Of a stretch of 64,000 bases of DNA, positions 49,781 through 62,895 are shown piece by piece. How positions within the stretch are numbered: position 1 is the first letter of the stretch; every line of letters starts with the position of its first letter. A program made the position numbers and the translations under genes. This DNA comes from Leucoraja erinacea (Eukaryota). The notes under the pieces are model-generated. The model saw nothing but the letters and a program-made list of their open reading frames with translations, searched no databases and was not told where the DNA came from. Where the stretch lies: contig NC_073386.1 in NCBI RefSeq assembly GCF_028641065.1, positions 54,932,001-54,996,000 on the forward strand, written 5' to 3'.

Positions 49781-50029
49781 CAATATAATCCACGCCGAGG
49801 TTCCTGCAGGATTCCAGACATGCTGCTTTTGTTGTTCCATAGCCATAATCCCCAGGCCAAAGTTTTGTAGTAATCCAGAGACTCTCACGATTTACACCAC
49901 TCTCTCTGATGGCTTTATTTAGATATGATTCACAGCCATACCTTTTTGCAGTATCAATGTGACGAATGCCACATTCTTTTAGGGCATACAGGACTGAAGA
50001 GTGGGAATAGCCACCATCATGTGATGTGC
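49781..50029 (-). CDS. Aldo-keto reductase (ZK1290.5/zgc:110366-like), internal coding exon
   Basis: Minus strand ttttctttcag|GCACATCAC...GATTATATTG|gtaag; 249 bp, phase 1-1. Translates (G)TSHDGGYSHSSVLYALKECGIRHIDTAKRYGCESYLNKAIRESGVNRESLWITTKLWPGDYGYGTTKAACLESCRNLGVDYI(D), with AKR motifs IDTA (Asp), RYG (Tyr) and TKLW (Lys). Subfamily name is from recalled similarity, not a search. Confidence 0.95.
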
Positions 50030-50654
50030 CTGAAAGAAAATTATGAGAAAAGTAATAAATAGCTAAATTGGCTTGTAACAGCTAAGGTTTACAGGAGCTA
50101 GAAGTTTAGCCAGGTAGTTTAAGGATATTTAAATGGCATTATTGATCTGATTTCCTCATGCCTATTTCTCGTTAAAAAATAGCTTCAGAAATATGTCTAT
50201 CGTCATCTAAACTAAACTTGTATGATTGTACATGACGTAGAGCAGGATTGTTACTGAACTCTCTGCCAAAATAAATTCACTGTACTTGGGTAAATGTGAC
50301 AACAAAATGCCATTGAACCCATGACCCTACAAGAAATGATTTTCCTGTCTCGACTTTTATTTTGGTGATCTGTAGACTTGGACCATACACTGCATTATAG
50401 ATTCTGTAGCATTATGCTATGTAACATGTGTTCATTTTCTAGCAACATGCGGCCATGTCTCTTTAAAATTTACTCTTGGGCAAACAGGTCAAAGTTAAAT
50501 TATTGCTTGGTCAAGAAATTCTATAAATTGGAATGTGCTTGTCAAACTAGTAGTACACAATGTTGTAAAATAGTTTATCATCTGGTATATGAAGAAGACC
50601 ATCTGAATTGACAGACATCCTATTTTGTTAAACTCGGAAAATTAATGCAACATT

Positions 50655-51040
50655 CACATAAGAATAAAATAAACTGGAGGGGAGCAGACCATTTGGCTTT
50701 TCAAGCCTGCTCCATCATTCATCAAAATCGTGACTGATCTTGTACCACAATGCCATTTTCTAGAACTATTCCAATATCGCTTCATGTCCAGAACCAATCT
50801 CTGTTTTGCATGAACAGAAAGATTGAATTTCCACAGCTGGCCAGGGAAGAAAATTCCAAATGTTAACCAGGTGCTTGGTGAAAAAACTTCTCATCTCAGT
50901 TCTTAATGTCTTATCACTTATTTCCAACCTGTGTCCCCAGTCCCAGGCTCTTTAATCCTCCCTGTATCTAGCCTGTCAAGCCCTCTGAGAGCTTTGTAAG
51001 TTTTCACACGCGATCTCCTCTCATTCTTCTAAACTCTAAA
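50655..51040 (-). mobile_element. Old CR1 3' end
   Basis: LEFRRMRGD on minus strand; degenerate 3' UTR. Confidence 0.7.
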
Positions 51041-51503
51041 CCATCACAGTCTATCTGAGCCAAACGCTGAGTTAGTGTGGCAAGCGGCTGCGAGAGGCAG
51101 TGCACTGCCCCGACGGTGGAGTGGGCTGCTGGAGGCCCTGCAGCAGCATGGGACTCAGCTGGACCAGAGGCCAAGCTCGTGGATCGGATGCGGCCTACAG
51201 CAGTGGAGGACATCATGGCTGTACTTGGCCAGGTCGACCCTGCAATGCCGCCAGGGCAATGGGCTTCATGGTCAGGTCAGGATCCCTGCACCTATAACAA
51301 CTGGAAATTGCTTGAAAATGTCACCAAACTGGGGACTATGCATATTTCCTCAGTGTATTACTGCTGTAAACTTGTACTGTAACTGAGGTGCTTATCTAAT
51401 ATGTATCTCAGTGCTAATGCAAAGTGATACTTGTACTGATCTGTATACTAAAATGAATTTCACTGTACCTTTGTACATGTGTCAAATAAAGTACCATACC
51501 AAT

Positions 51504-51600
51504 GAGTCTGAAGAAGGGTCTCGACCCGGAACGTCACCCATTCCTTCTCTCCATAGATGCTGCCTGTCCTGCTGAGTTACTCTGGCATTTTGTGTCTACT
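51504..51600 (+). mobile_element. 97-bp Penelope-derived unit with 8-bp TSD
   Basis: ataccaat at 51496-51503 and 51601-51608; GAAA box mutated to GGAA. Confidence 0.75.
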
Positions 51601-52534
51601 ATACCAATAAAACAAAATCCCATACCATGATTGTCCTAAACTAACCCTAATCTGCCCAACTGATTTAATTCAAAATTCTCATTATTATCTACAATCTCTA
51701 TTCAATTGTGTCCATGGTCTCATTCTTGGTGTGCCCTGCAGCTCATCCTGAAATACATGCTGCTCCAACTTTTGACATTGAAAATATGTTTATTTACCTT
51801 TATTTACTTTATTCAAGCCGTATTACCAGTAATATTTTTCTGCCTTAATATCACTCATTGTAACTCCCTTCGTAAAATTCACTTTTAAGACCATCATCAA
51901 AACACAACCTTCAGAGCACACTCTTGCTATCTCTCCCAATCTATTTCTGGCTCACCATCTATCTTCACCCACTTGTGAATCGACTTTTAACTTTTGCATA
52001 GTGACCCCAATGTTAAAGAGTATTAAGCCAGGTTTCATCCTAGAATCGCTACGGGACCAACACAAACAAAGTTCCAATCCTCATTAATTCCCTGTCCAAT
52101 ATACAGTGATTTAGGTGAGCATGATTGAGAAGTATATAAGTCTGGTTACACAATTGGAATGGAAGAGCAGAATGCCTTTGCAGACAACACAGTAGTTTAC
52201 TTGTTGGGACAATTAATGAATGCGCACTTAATGCAGTCAATTTATAAAAGGCATTGTGGAACACACACAGCCAAAAGCCACTGCATATTTGCTGCCAACT
52301 CACGAATCAATCCTTTTCAGCTGATTCTTTCCCACCGTTGTCTAAAACATTTCCCATTACCAAACAAATTGTTTTCAGATGCTATGTTCCACACAGCTTC
52401 CTTAGAAACCATTTATTTTATATTAGGAATTGTGGCTTTCTTCAATAGAAAACTCCAGCTGTGAAAATGCTACATTTCTGGCATATATTATACCCCATTA
52501 ATAGGGTTCAACAAACCCTTTCTCGCTGAAAAAT

Positions 52535-53800
52535 ATCTTGTGACTGCATCCTAGCTGTTATGGGATGCAAATGTGGTACAAAGTCCGGGCCCTTCACTGT
52601 GGAAATGGGGGTCAAACATGGATGCATCATTGCACCCACCCTGTTTGTCATCTTCATTGCTGCCATACTTCACCTCATTGGTGAAGAGCTGCCACAGGGG
52701 ATCTAAATCCTCTACAGAACTGACAGTGGGCTCTTCAACCTTCACAGGTTGAGGCCAAGAGCAAAGTCAGTAACTCCGCCATCATGGAGCTTCAGTACAC
52801 GGACGACTGAGCCATTGCAGCACACTCTGTAGAAGACCTCCAGGGCATCCTGAATGCCTTTGCCAAGGCATACAGAGCCATGGGCCTAGCCTTAAATATC
52901 AAGAAGACCCAGGTCCTACATCAACCTCCACCCAACCAGCCCTCTACCCAGCCCACTATAAAAGTGGACAAAACCACTCTTGAAAACGTTGACCACTTCC
53001 CCTACCGTGGCAGCATTCTTTCCTCAAAATCTGACATTGACTCATTAGGTCAACCATCACCTGAGTTGTGCCAGTGGAGCCAATGCCAGACTCAGGAAAA
53101 GAGTCTTTGAAGACCGAGACTTAAAGGCTCAAACAAAACTGCTGGTCTACAGAGCCGTTGTCCTCTCAACCCTGTTGTATGGAGCCGAGTCATGGACAAC
53201 CTACAGCAGGCACCTGAGAGCCCTGGAACAATACCAACAAAGATCCTTACGAAAGATTCTGAGGATCAGCTGGGAGGACAAACGCACCAACATCAGCATT
53301 TTGGACGAAGCCAACATGACCAGCATCACCACCACAATAATGCAGCACCAACTTCGATGGACTGGCCATGACATCCGCATGTCCAACACACGTCTCCCTA
53401 AACAAATCCTGTACTCTCAACTGAAGGAAGGTCGGCGAGCCCCCGAAGGGCCAAAGAAACGCTTCAAGGACAACATCAAGAACAGTCTGAAGAAATTCCA
53501 CATCACATCGAGCAACTGGGAGCACATTGCACTGGACCGGCGCTCCTGGAGGAAATCCGTACAGGAAGGAGCTGCACGTCATGAAACGGAACTACGCCGT
53601 GTCACAGTGACCGTAACGAGAGAGAGAAGGGGGCTCGACGACTACCAACCACCACCAGTCTCCGCCTGCCCACGTTGCACCAAGGTGTGTGGATCGCGGA
53701 TCGGCCTCTACAGACATCTGCAAACCAACAAGTAGACGACCCTATGGAGAGGAGAGGAGAGGCCAGTCATACTCGTTTTGAGTGACTCCCGATGACATTT
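52535..53800 (+). mobile_element. RTE-clade (BovB/RTE-1-like) LINE, 3' half of ORF
   Basis: GVKHGCIIAPTLF, ELQYTDD, GLALNIKKTQV, LYGAESWTTY...QLRWTGH..RM...RLPKQILY, and C-terminal CxxC zinc finger CPRCTKVCGSRIGLYRH. Confidence 0.93.
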
Positions 53801-55031
53801 ATGTGAATTTATTACATGAGTATTTATGTGAATTTCTGTCAACAACTTTTAATAACAAATATTGAGCAATATCTACTGCTAAGATCAAATGCTTATACCA
53901 TATCTACTACTACCATCAGGTGCTTATCAAAGCTACCAAACTCAAGGATTAGGTTACAGCAAAGGGAGCTGCCCTACGGATATTTGAGCACTGGTTAACA
54001 TACTGAACTTTACTATTTAAAAATAATTTTTGATAAAACATTAAAAATAACTTCCATCACGGGGGAAACTTGAAGAAAATCTCCTGCTGAAAAACGTCCC
54101 GAAATATAATAATGTGCAGTGATATTTGCAAGTCACACAGAAAATGTTGGTCCCACAAACTGCTCTTTATTTCAGACGTTGCTTTGTCTGCTCAAACTAT
54201 CACACAGGAGTATTGAACAAAAGCCTATCCAGCTCACTGATAGACACCAGAGGTCAGTGTGACTGTGACCAATTCAAAATGGAACGAAAAGAATGCAAAG
54301 CTTTTCAAAGCGATTCACAACATTCACCAAGAACATAAAGGCTTTCACATTGGCTCAGAGCCTAGTTTTGTCGCTACTTTCTTCCACAAAATGTGGCCTC
54401 CAAAAACAGCATGACAGACAGAAACTAACAGACACGATTGAGTGTTCGGGAAAACAATACAGAGCACAATAAAAACTCTCCCAGAGAACTGGCTACTGTA
54501 AAAATTCTGCCTCAGATGAATCAGTATGTCCTGAAAGTAGAAAAAATAACGAGCATACAAAGGGAATTTATAAATGTTCTGTTTCATCCTAGACAATGAA
54601 GGATGGCTTTCGCAATTCAATTCCTCAACACCATCTTGCATGTAAATGCTGGCTGAACGAAGCTGATGAGAAAACAAACACTTAAAATACCAGTTTCCAA
54701 AGGCAAGTGAGAAAATTGCTCCTTTTCATTTTCACTACTTGCCTGAAAATAAACATTATTATGATCAATTCTGCTTTTTTTGCTTTTTTTTTCCATTTTC
54801 ACAGCCTGAGATCTGTTAGCATGGCAGAGTTTGCTTCCATACCATTTGAAGATAGTTGCTGAAGCGCAATTCAATGTTTTGCTTTTACCCACATATATTT
54901 TCTTTGAACACCATTAGGATATTCTACAACTCATTTATTACGGAACTGCAGGAGACTGCAAACTGCTGGAGGAATTCAGTGGGTCAGGCAGCAGTTATTA
55001 CCCAAGTAGGCACAGGAACTGCAGATGCTAG

Positions 55032-55540
55032 AACATAGAAACATAGAAAATAGGTGCAGGCCATTCGGCCCTTCGAGCCTGCACCACCATTCAATATGGT
55101 CATGGCTGATCATCCAACTCAGTATCCCCGTACCTGCCTTCTCTCCATACCCCCGATCCCTTTAGCCACAAGGGCCACATCTAACTCCCTCTTAAATATA
55201 GCCACTGAACTGGCCTCAACTACCTTCTGTGGCAGAGAATTCCAGAGATTCACTACTCTCTGTGTGAAAAATGTTTTTCTCATCTCGGTCGTAAAAGATT
55301 TCCCTCTTATTCTTAAACTGTGACCCCTTGTTCTGGACTTCCCCAACATTGGGAACAATCTTCCTGCATCTGGCCTGTCCAACCCCTTAAGAATTTTGTA
55401 AGTTTCTATAAGATCCCCCCTCAATCCTCTAAATTCTAGCGAGTACAAGCCGAGTCTATCCAGTCTTTCTTCATATGAAAGTCCTGCCATCCCAGGAATC
55501 AGTCTGGTGAACCTTCTCTGTACTCCCGCTATGGCAAGCA
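55032..55540 (-). mobile_element. Young CR1 3' end
   Basis: Minus ORF 55119-55565; nearly identical to 27270-27775. Confidence 0.95.
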
Positions 55541-55634
55541 TCAATGAATGCCTTGCACAGATCACTCGAATACTGGCAAAATCCTGGCTCTAGTCATTAC
55601 CAAAACATGGCTAAGAGAGGGACAGGGCAGGCAG

Positions 55635-55990
55635 CTTAAGCAAAAAAACGCAGGACAAATCCAATAGGGCATGCAGCATCTGTGGAGGGAAATGGACAGA
55701 TGACAATTCCAGTTGGGGCCTTTCCTAAGAGTGATGGAGTAAGGGGTGAAAGCTGGCAGAGCGTGGTGAGGGAATGGGGCAGGGCAAGAACTGGTAAGTG
55801 ATGTGAATTTAGGTGAGGGGGGGTTTGATGCTGGTGGTGGAGAAATGAGTGGAGATAAGAACCAAGAATGAATGTGAGGGTACAGATGTGGAATCTGAAA
55901 AGGAAGGAAGATGGGGATGAAATGTAAAACCAGAGGGAGGAATGATGAACGGTGGAGAACATTGTTGGGGATGGGGGGGGAAGGTGAAGT
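55635..55990 (-). mobile_element. Old Penelope-like 3' end
   Basis: gcagcatctgtggagggaaatggacagatgac...purine-rich UTR as in 28668-29030. Confidence 0.6.
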
Positions 55991-56857
55991 GGGGAATGGA
56001 AAGCATCTTGGTCTCCATTGGCATCTTCATGGGGTTGAGAGGGAATGATAGGTCAGCCATGATTGAGTGGTGGAGTAGACTCGATGGGCCGAATGGATTA
56101 ATTCCGCTCCTATATAACCTATGAACATTAACTGGCAGCTTAATGTTCCAGGCTACAGGTGCTACAGATGGGATCAAGGTGGAGGAAAGAAAGGAACTGG
56201 AATTTAATTACTAATTAAAGAGGACGTCATAGCAATAGTCTAAGATAAGGTTACAGGATCATCCTGTAAGGTTTAGTGGGCGGAGCTGAGAAATAAGAAG
56301 GGGATGATCACACTGGGATAGTACGACAGCCCACCAGGTCTTTAGCTAAGTTTCACGCTGTTCGAACCTGACATGGAATATATGGTCTTTCCTCATTTGT
56401 CCCTGTCCAGAAAAGTAGGTGGCTGAGAGTTTAATCAACTCAGCTTTTAGCGGGGCCACTGCTACAAAGTGTCAGAGTTCTGATCTTGGGTGTTTGCTGC
56501 ATGAATTAAAGGGCCAAAGTTATAATCCTACCATCATTGTACTTTGAAGGCATGGTGTCCATGTCAAACCTCTCTAAGTGCTTACCAATGAAATGTATAT
56601 AAAGGAAAGAAAAGCTGTCATGTTGGTGTAACGTAAATAAATAGAATGATCCAGTTTGTATTGTGAAATGTGGAAAATTAATGCACGGTATTATACATCT
56701 GCAAATTTTACAAAGTGCATTTCTAAAAAAATAACACGTCTAATGGGACCTGATTGCATGTGTTGGCGTTGGGTCTGTTGCAACCTTGAACAAAAAACAC
56801 AAAGTGCTGGAGTAACTCAGCGGGTAACTCAGTAACTCAGTGATAGACACAAAATCT

Positions 56858-57122
56858 TTTAGGACCGAGATGAGAAAAACATTTTTCACACAGTGACGGT
56901 GAATCTCTGGAATTCTCTGCCACAGAAGGTAGTTGAGGCCAGTTCATTAGCTATATTTAAGAGGGAGTTAGATGTGGCCCTTGTGGCTAAAGGGATCAGG
57001 GGGTATGGAGAGAAGGCAGGGATGGGATACTGAGTTGGATGATCAGCCATGATCATATTGAATGGCGGTGCAGGCTTGAAGGGCCGAATGGCCTACTCCT
57101 GTATCTAATTTCTATGTTTCTA
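56858..57122 (+). mobile_element. Young CR1 3' end flanked by Penelope-derived sequence
   Basis: Matches 27510-27775; Penelope terminal sequence on both sides (56795-56850, 57125-57203). Confidence 0.9.
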
Positions 57123-57597
57123 TACTGGAGTTACTCAGTGGGACAGGCAGCATCTCTGGAGAAGGAATGGGTGACTTTTCAGTTTGATACCCTTCCTCAG
57201 ACTTATTGTAGTGGCTAGGTTACTAGAGCACACTGCATTTATTACACAAGCCTGTTTTTCTTTACGTCTCCTCAGGTCTGGCTGAAGTTTTTCCCCCTCC
57301 TGTAACACTGACAGGAATCTGCCAATCGCACAGAACTGGGATTGTACATTGGATCTTTTACACTATTGGTCATATCAAACAGCTGAAAAATAGTGATCTC
57401 AGCTTCTTTATACAACTCTATAAATGGTTCAAGATACCAAGAGGCAGACATGATTAAAAGCTTGATGTCTCACATCCAAGTCATAGTACTATTGGTACAA
57501 AAGTCCTATATAATATTTACATAGGAAATTTAGACTTCACATATTTAAAAAAACAATGTTTTTTATTGAGAAATATGGCTATGGGACATCAATTTTC

Positions 57598-57890
57598 GAA
57601 ATGCTGGAGTAACTCAGCAGGACAGGCAACATCTCTGGACAGAAGGAATGGGTGACTTTTCGGGTCAAGACCCTTCTTCAGACTGAACGTTGGGGAGAGG
57701 GACATAGAGATATGGGATGGTAAGGTGTGAAAACGAGAGATCAAAGGGGACAAAATTCAAGGAAAATGTAGAATAGATCATTGTTAGCTAGGGGAAGATA
57801 GTATATTTAATGATAAAATGCAATCAGGAGGACAGTCAGACTGGTCAGAGAAACAGGATGGGGGAGGGAGAGAGACATAATATAAGTATG
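57598..57890 (-). mobile_element. Penelope-like 3' end
   Basis: Terminal unit with minus core ctgaagaagggtcttgacccgaaaagtc and purine-rich UTR. Confidence 0.7.
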
Positions 57891-58079
57891 GAGAATCTGC
57901 CATTGACATCAAACGTTAAGTGTAAAAGTTTGAATACAACAGGAAAAATCAATATAGAGATGAGGAAGATCAGCACTGATGATCCAACCAACAAACAAGC
58001 AGTCACAAACCAGCAGGAAGAGCACTGGCATCAGTTGCGCCTGTGCAACAGTGAACGAAAAAGCGTGGATACAAGCTGA

Positions 58080-58410
58080 TGTGCGGCTTGATGGTACAGC
58101 AGTCACCGCTTTTACCTCACAGCTCCAGGGACTCGGGTTCAATCCTGACTTTAGGTGCTGTCTGTCATGCCCCCAAGACTCCGTGAGCTCCTGCTGGGTG
58201 CTCTGGTTCCCTCCTCTATCCTGAAGACATGCAGGCTTGTTAATTAGCTACTGCATATTATCCCTTAATGTAGATAAATGGCAAAAGAATCAGAGGGAAA
58301 TTGATATTATAAGAGAGAATAAGTTGCAGGGGTAGAGGGAAATAGAGAAAAGGAGTTCTGCTGAGAACCAGCATGGACCCGATGGGTCAAATAGCCTGTA
58401 CTAATTAGCC
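58080..58410 (+). mobile_element. Old V-SINE copy
   Basis: cctcacagctccagggactcgggttcaatcctg head; gggtgctctggttccctcc V-domain. Confidence 0.7.
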
Positions 58411-59251
58411 TGTAATAATTACGTAAGAGTTTTTTATTGACTGAACTTTTATTGCCTTCCCTCACGGTGGGAAACGTTGCTTCCGCTGTGTGGGGATGTT
58501 CATGTTAAATTCTATCGTGTTTTGTGTTCTTTTTATTTGTATGACTGTATGGCAACCCAAATCTTGCTGTAGCAATTGGTACAGTGACAATAAATGTCAA
58601 CTTGAACTTTATTTGTATTCAGTCCACCAATACACGAATTGTGTTAAAATCAGATTTAGAGCTATTCAAGTATCAAGATGTGTTTAGGCTTTAATGAAAC
58701 TGAATATTATCAAGTACAAATGTGTTTGGCACCAAATTGGAAATAGCTTTAGTATGGTAGGAATTTCATTTGGCACTAGATCATGCACGGACATCCTAAG
58801 ACAGATCACCAACACCTTGGTTATTAAAAGGATTTTAAGCTTGAAGATCATCTAAAATGAAGAGAGAAAAAGAGAACGAGCTAAGAGTTTAGAAAGAGTT
58901 TTACAGATGGTCAGGAAATTGCCACAGCTGCCAATCGTTGAGACACGTGTAAAAGACTGACGGTGAGGCCTTTGTTCGATCTGATAACAAGGATGAGAAT
59001 TTTGAAATCAAGGCAATCCTGGACCAGGAAGCACGTCAGCAAATAATCTCATAAGCATGGGTAAAAGCTTCAGCAACTGATGATGTGAGGATGTACGTTG
59101 CACATATCTTAATGATGCACAAAGTTTTTGTGTACGGCATTGTACTTTGTTCCCTGCATGACAACAGTGACATAACTTAAGAATTGTTTAATGACTATAA
59201 AACACATTGGTATAGTGACATATTTCATACTTTCCAAAATGGAACAGCTAA

Positions 59252-60037
59252 CGAGCCTGTCCCACTTAGGTGATTTTTCAGGCGACTGCTTGCGACTATC
59301 AAGTTGCCGGCAGTCTCCTGATAAACCGGCAATTGGAAGGGCGACTGTCAGAGTGGAACACACACACACCCACACAACACATCGCAGGCGGGGGACAGGG
59401 CAAGTGGGTGGAGCGCTGTCTGAAATTCACACGGTGCAAAGCCAAGGTGATACAGACACACACCGCGATGAACAGGAAGGTTGGCGCTGTAATTAAGACG
59501 ACTAAAACGCAGTGTTCGGTAAGTCCTTTAAAAGAGGGGGGGGGGAGGGGGGAGAAGGAGGGAGAAGGAGTGGAGACAACTTTTAAGAAGCCAGACAACT
59601 TTTAAGGAGCCAGAGACACACGGCTGTGAAGCTCGGCGGACATTAACATTACCGGTTGGTTATCCTTGGTTCTGAAAACTACTGCTTACATTTTTTTTCC
59701 CCAATGAGCCAATGAAATTCACCGGTCAGCACCGGCTACAACCTACAAGAACCTACGAGAATCTTCGACCTCCTGGCAACCCACTAGGACCTCCTGGCGA
59801 CCCACCTAGTGCACGGGAATTCTCGCTACTCTCCATGGCGGCTTCAGTCTAGTCGCCGCTAATTATGTAACATGTTGAAAAATTTGCGGCGACCATAATG
59901 AGGCCGCGACTAGTTCCGAGAATGTGGGAACTTCCTCACGACCATGAAGGCGACTACCCGGCAACCACCCGCGAACATGTGGCGACTGCATAGTCTCCTG
60001 CAGTCCCCTAAAGAGTCGCCTAAGTGGGACAGGCCCA
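59252..60037. mobile_element. PIF/Harbinger-like MITE
   Basis: TAA|cgagcctgtcccacttagg...cctaagtgggacaggccca|TAA. Confidence 0.88.
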
Positions 60038-60499
60038 TAAGTTATCCAGAGCAATATCCACTGCAGTAATGAAATAAATGACCAAAATGTTTTACACTTT
60101 TCTCAGGGGGAGAAGCCTCTTCCTATTCTTCAAGTAACAAAATATGACCATGGTACTGAAGAGCAGACGGAATCCCATTTCAACATCACGTCTGAAAAAC
60201 GGAATCTCTAACCGTTTAGCCCCTCCCCTCTCCCCTCCCCCTCTCTTTCATCGAGCACAAGAACAGGCCCTTCGGCCCATACAACATATCAGTCAAATGT
60301 GATCTGCCTTTCTCAAGTTCAAGTTGACTCTGGCCAAAAGTATTTGTACATACCAAGTGCACTGATATTGTTTATTGATAATTGTTTCCCTACTACTGAT
60401 GTTGGAGTAACAGTGTGTGCGTCCCAGTTTTCTCTCCCCCTCCTTTTGTAGGCGGTGAGTTGAATTTGTTATCTTCCATTTAGTGGGAAGTGTTCTAGA

Positions 60500-60800
60500 A
60501 TATAGAACAGTTCTGGGACAGCCCTTTATGTCCACACCGAACATGCTGCCAAGTTTAACTAATCTCCTCTGCCTGTACCTGATCCACATCCCTCCATTCC
60601 CTGCATATCCATCAGCCTTTCTAAAAGCCTCTTTAATGCCACTATCGTATCTGTCTCCACCACCACCCCTGGCAGCACGTTCCAGGCACCCACCACTCTC
60701 TGTGTAGCAAGACTTGCCACACACACGTCCTTTAAACGTTGCCCCACACACCAAGCCAAGTCCATAGTCGTTGACATTTCTACCTTGGGTAAAAGGTTCT
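60500..60800 (-). mobile_element. CR1 3' end
   Basis: TQRVVGAWNVLPGVVVETDTIVALKRLL on minus strand. Confidence 0.8.
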
Positions 60801-61127
60801 GAGTGATTTAAGAGGTTTTGGAAGATATCCAATTCACCCATTTTCTCCAAAGCTGACCGTGTTAAAAGCCCAGGACATGGGTCACCAGTCCTGCTTTTAT
60901 TGCCATTCAGTTCCATTAACTTGGTGGTGCTTTTAACTAATGACCTTCATTCACTCTAATCCAGTAGTCTTACACTTTTAGGAGGACTTCTGCATCCTCT
61001 TGCATGAAGACAGGTAAAGGCCGTTAGTTAATGCCTCTGCATTTCTCTACTATTTCTCCTGACTCAGTCTACAAGGCATTAACATTAGGTATTGGCAATA
61101 TTATTCTTTCTATATTCCTATGTCAGT

Positions 61128-61190
61128 TTTTGTTTCTCAACAAAGAGAAACATTTTGTTTCTCAACAAAGAGAAACATTTTGTTTCTCTT
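61128..61190. repeat. 26-bp tandem repeat with internal palindrome
   Basis: tttgtttctcaacaaagagaaacatt x~2.4; tgtttctc/gagaaaca arms. Confidence 0.85.
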
Positions 61191-61856
61191 TGTGTTTCTT
61201 TTGTTTCTTTGTATTTATATAACAAGATGTTGGAATTTGACAGAGCGATGGTTACAGGTTCAATAGTAATATCCAAAGGAATTGCAATGAATACACGAAG
61301 AAAAAAAACATTGTCAAATGAACATGTCAGGAGAATATTGTTAGAACTTTGCAGTTTATTCGGTGCAACTGACAGTAGAGAAACATAATTTGCTCTACAA
61401 ACCAAACACATATACTGTACGTGGAAAATATACAGTGCTACTAGTTACTGGGTAATCGCCAATTTTGGGGAAACATATGAAAGCATATGACTGAAATAAA
61501 TAACGATACACACTTGGGCACATGGTAGGTTTATTTACTGGAATCAACGGTGCCACTTTTTGTCTGAACAGCAAGTCATACCAGTACCACAGATTTCAAA
61601 ATGCTTCCTCCACGTTTTCTATTAAACGTTGTCGGTATCTTAACATTTCCCCTCCAGAAGTAGTCCTTTCTTTGTACACTATTTATTCTCCATTTACACC
61701 TCACACTGCCTTCCTACTGCACCTCATGCTGCTTCGGCAAGGTCACCAGCATAATCAAGGACCTGGTCACTCCCTCTTCTCCCCTCTGCTTTCAGGCAAG
61801 AGGTACAGAAGTTTGAAAATGCATACCTCCAGATTCAGGGACAGTTTTTTCCCTGA

Positions 61857-62895
61857 ATGGGAGTGCTTGTACATCAATCACTGAAAGTCATAGCCCTGTC
61901 CCACGGTGTGGGTTCATTCCAAGAGCTCTCCCAAGTTTTAAAAAAAATCAAACTCGTTGTAAGCACGGAGAATGAATGTAGCGGGTACGTCGGAGCTCGG
62001 GGATGTATCTTAGCGGCTCGTAACGATAACGGCAGGTATTCGGGTAGACTTGCTAACGGCAGGTAAGCATGGGAAGACCTGTGAAGATTTTTCAACACGT
62101 TGAAAAATGTCCACGAGAGCCCCGAGTACCGACGTGTGGCCATTACTGTAAATCTCCGAGTTCGAATAAGGGCAAACTCGGGAGAGCTCTTGGAATGAAC
62201 TCGCACCGTGGGACAGGGCTATAAGCATGCAGGTGCAGCAGGCAGTGAAGAAAGCTAATGGCATGTTGGCCTTCATTGCACGAGGATTTGAGTTTAGGAG
62301 CAAGGAGGTCCTACTGCAGTTGTACAGGGCCCTGGTGAGACCGCACCTGGAGTGTGCAATTTTGGTCTCCTAATTTGAGAAAGGACATTGGTCCTATTGA
62401 GGGAGTGTAGCATAGGTTCACCAGGTTAATTCCCAGGATGGCAGGACTGACATACGATGAAAGAATGGGTCGACTGGACTTGTATTCACTGGAATTTAGG
62501 ATGAAAGGGGATTTTTTATAGAAACATATAAAATTCTTAAAGGATTAAAAGATGCAGGTAAAATGTTCCCAATGTTGGGGGAGTCCAGAACCAGGGGTCA
62601 AAGTTTAAGAATAAGGGGTAGGCCATTTAGGACTGAGATGAGGAAAAATGTCTTCACCCAGAGAGTTGAGAATCTGTGGAATTCTCTGCCACAGTAGGCA
62701 GTGGAGGCCAATTCACTGGACGTTTTCAAGAGAGTTAGATTTAGCTCTTAGAGCTAAAGGAATCAAGGGATCTGGGGAAAAGCAGGAACGGGGTACTGAT
62801 TTTAGATGATCAGCCATGATCATAATGAATGGCGGTGCTGGCTCTAAGGGCCGAATGGCCTACTCCTGCACCTATTTTTTTTTCTATGTTTCTAT
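61857..62895 (+). mobile_element. CR1 3' portion split by a Harbinger-like MITE
   Basis: GVLVHQSLK | [17 protein letters not shown]...; full 3' tail. Confidence 0.92.
61891..62221. mobile_element. PIF/Harbinger-like MITE nested in CR1
   Basis: tagccctgtcccacggtg...caccgtgggacagggcta TIR; tca/taa flanks; removal restores the CR1 sequence ctgaaagtaagcatgc. Confidence 0.88.

Noticed and set aside
51501-51542. Extended hammerhead stem I (aatgagt/acccatt)
   Set aside because: The aat comes from the target-site duplication and this copy has a mutated GAAA box, so the pairing is coincidental.
60293-60916. 207-aa minus ORF as the missing first AKR exon
   Set aside because: Made of decayed CR1 pieces; no PxLGL-type motif ahead of a phase-1 donor.
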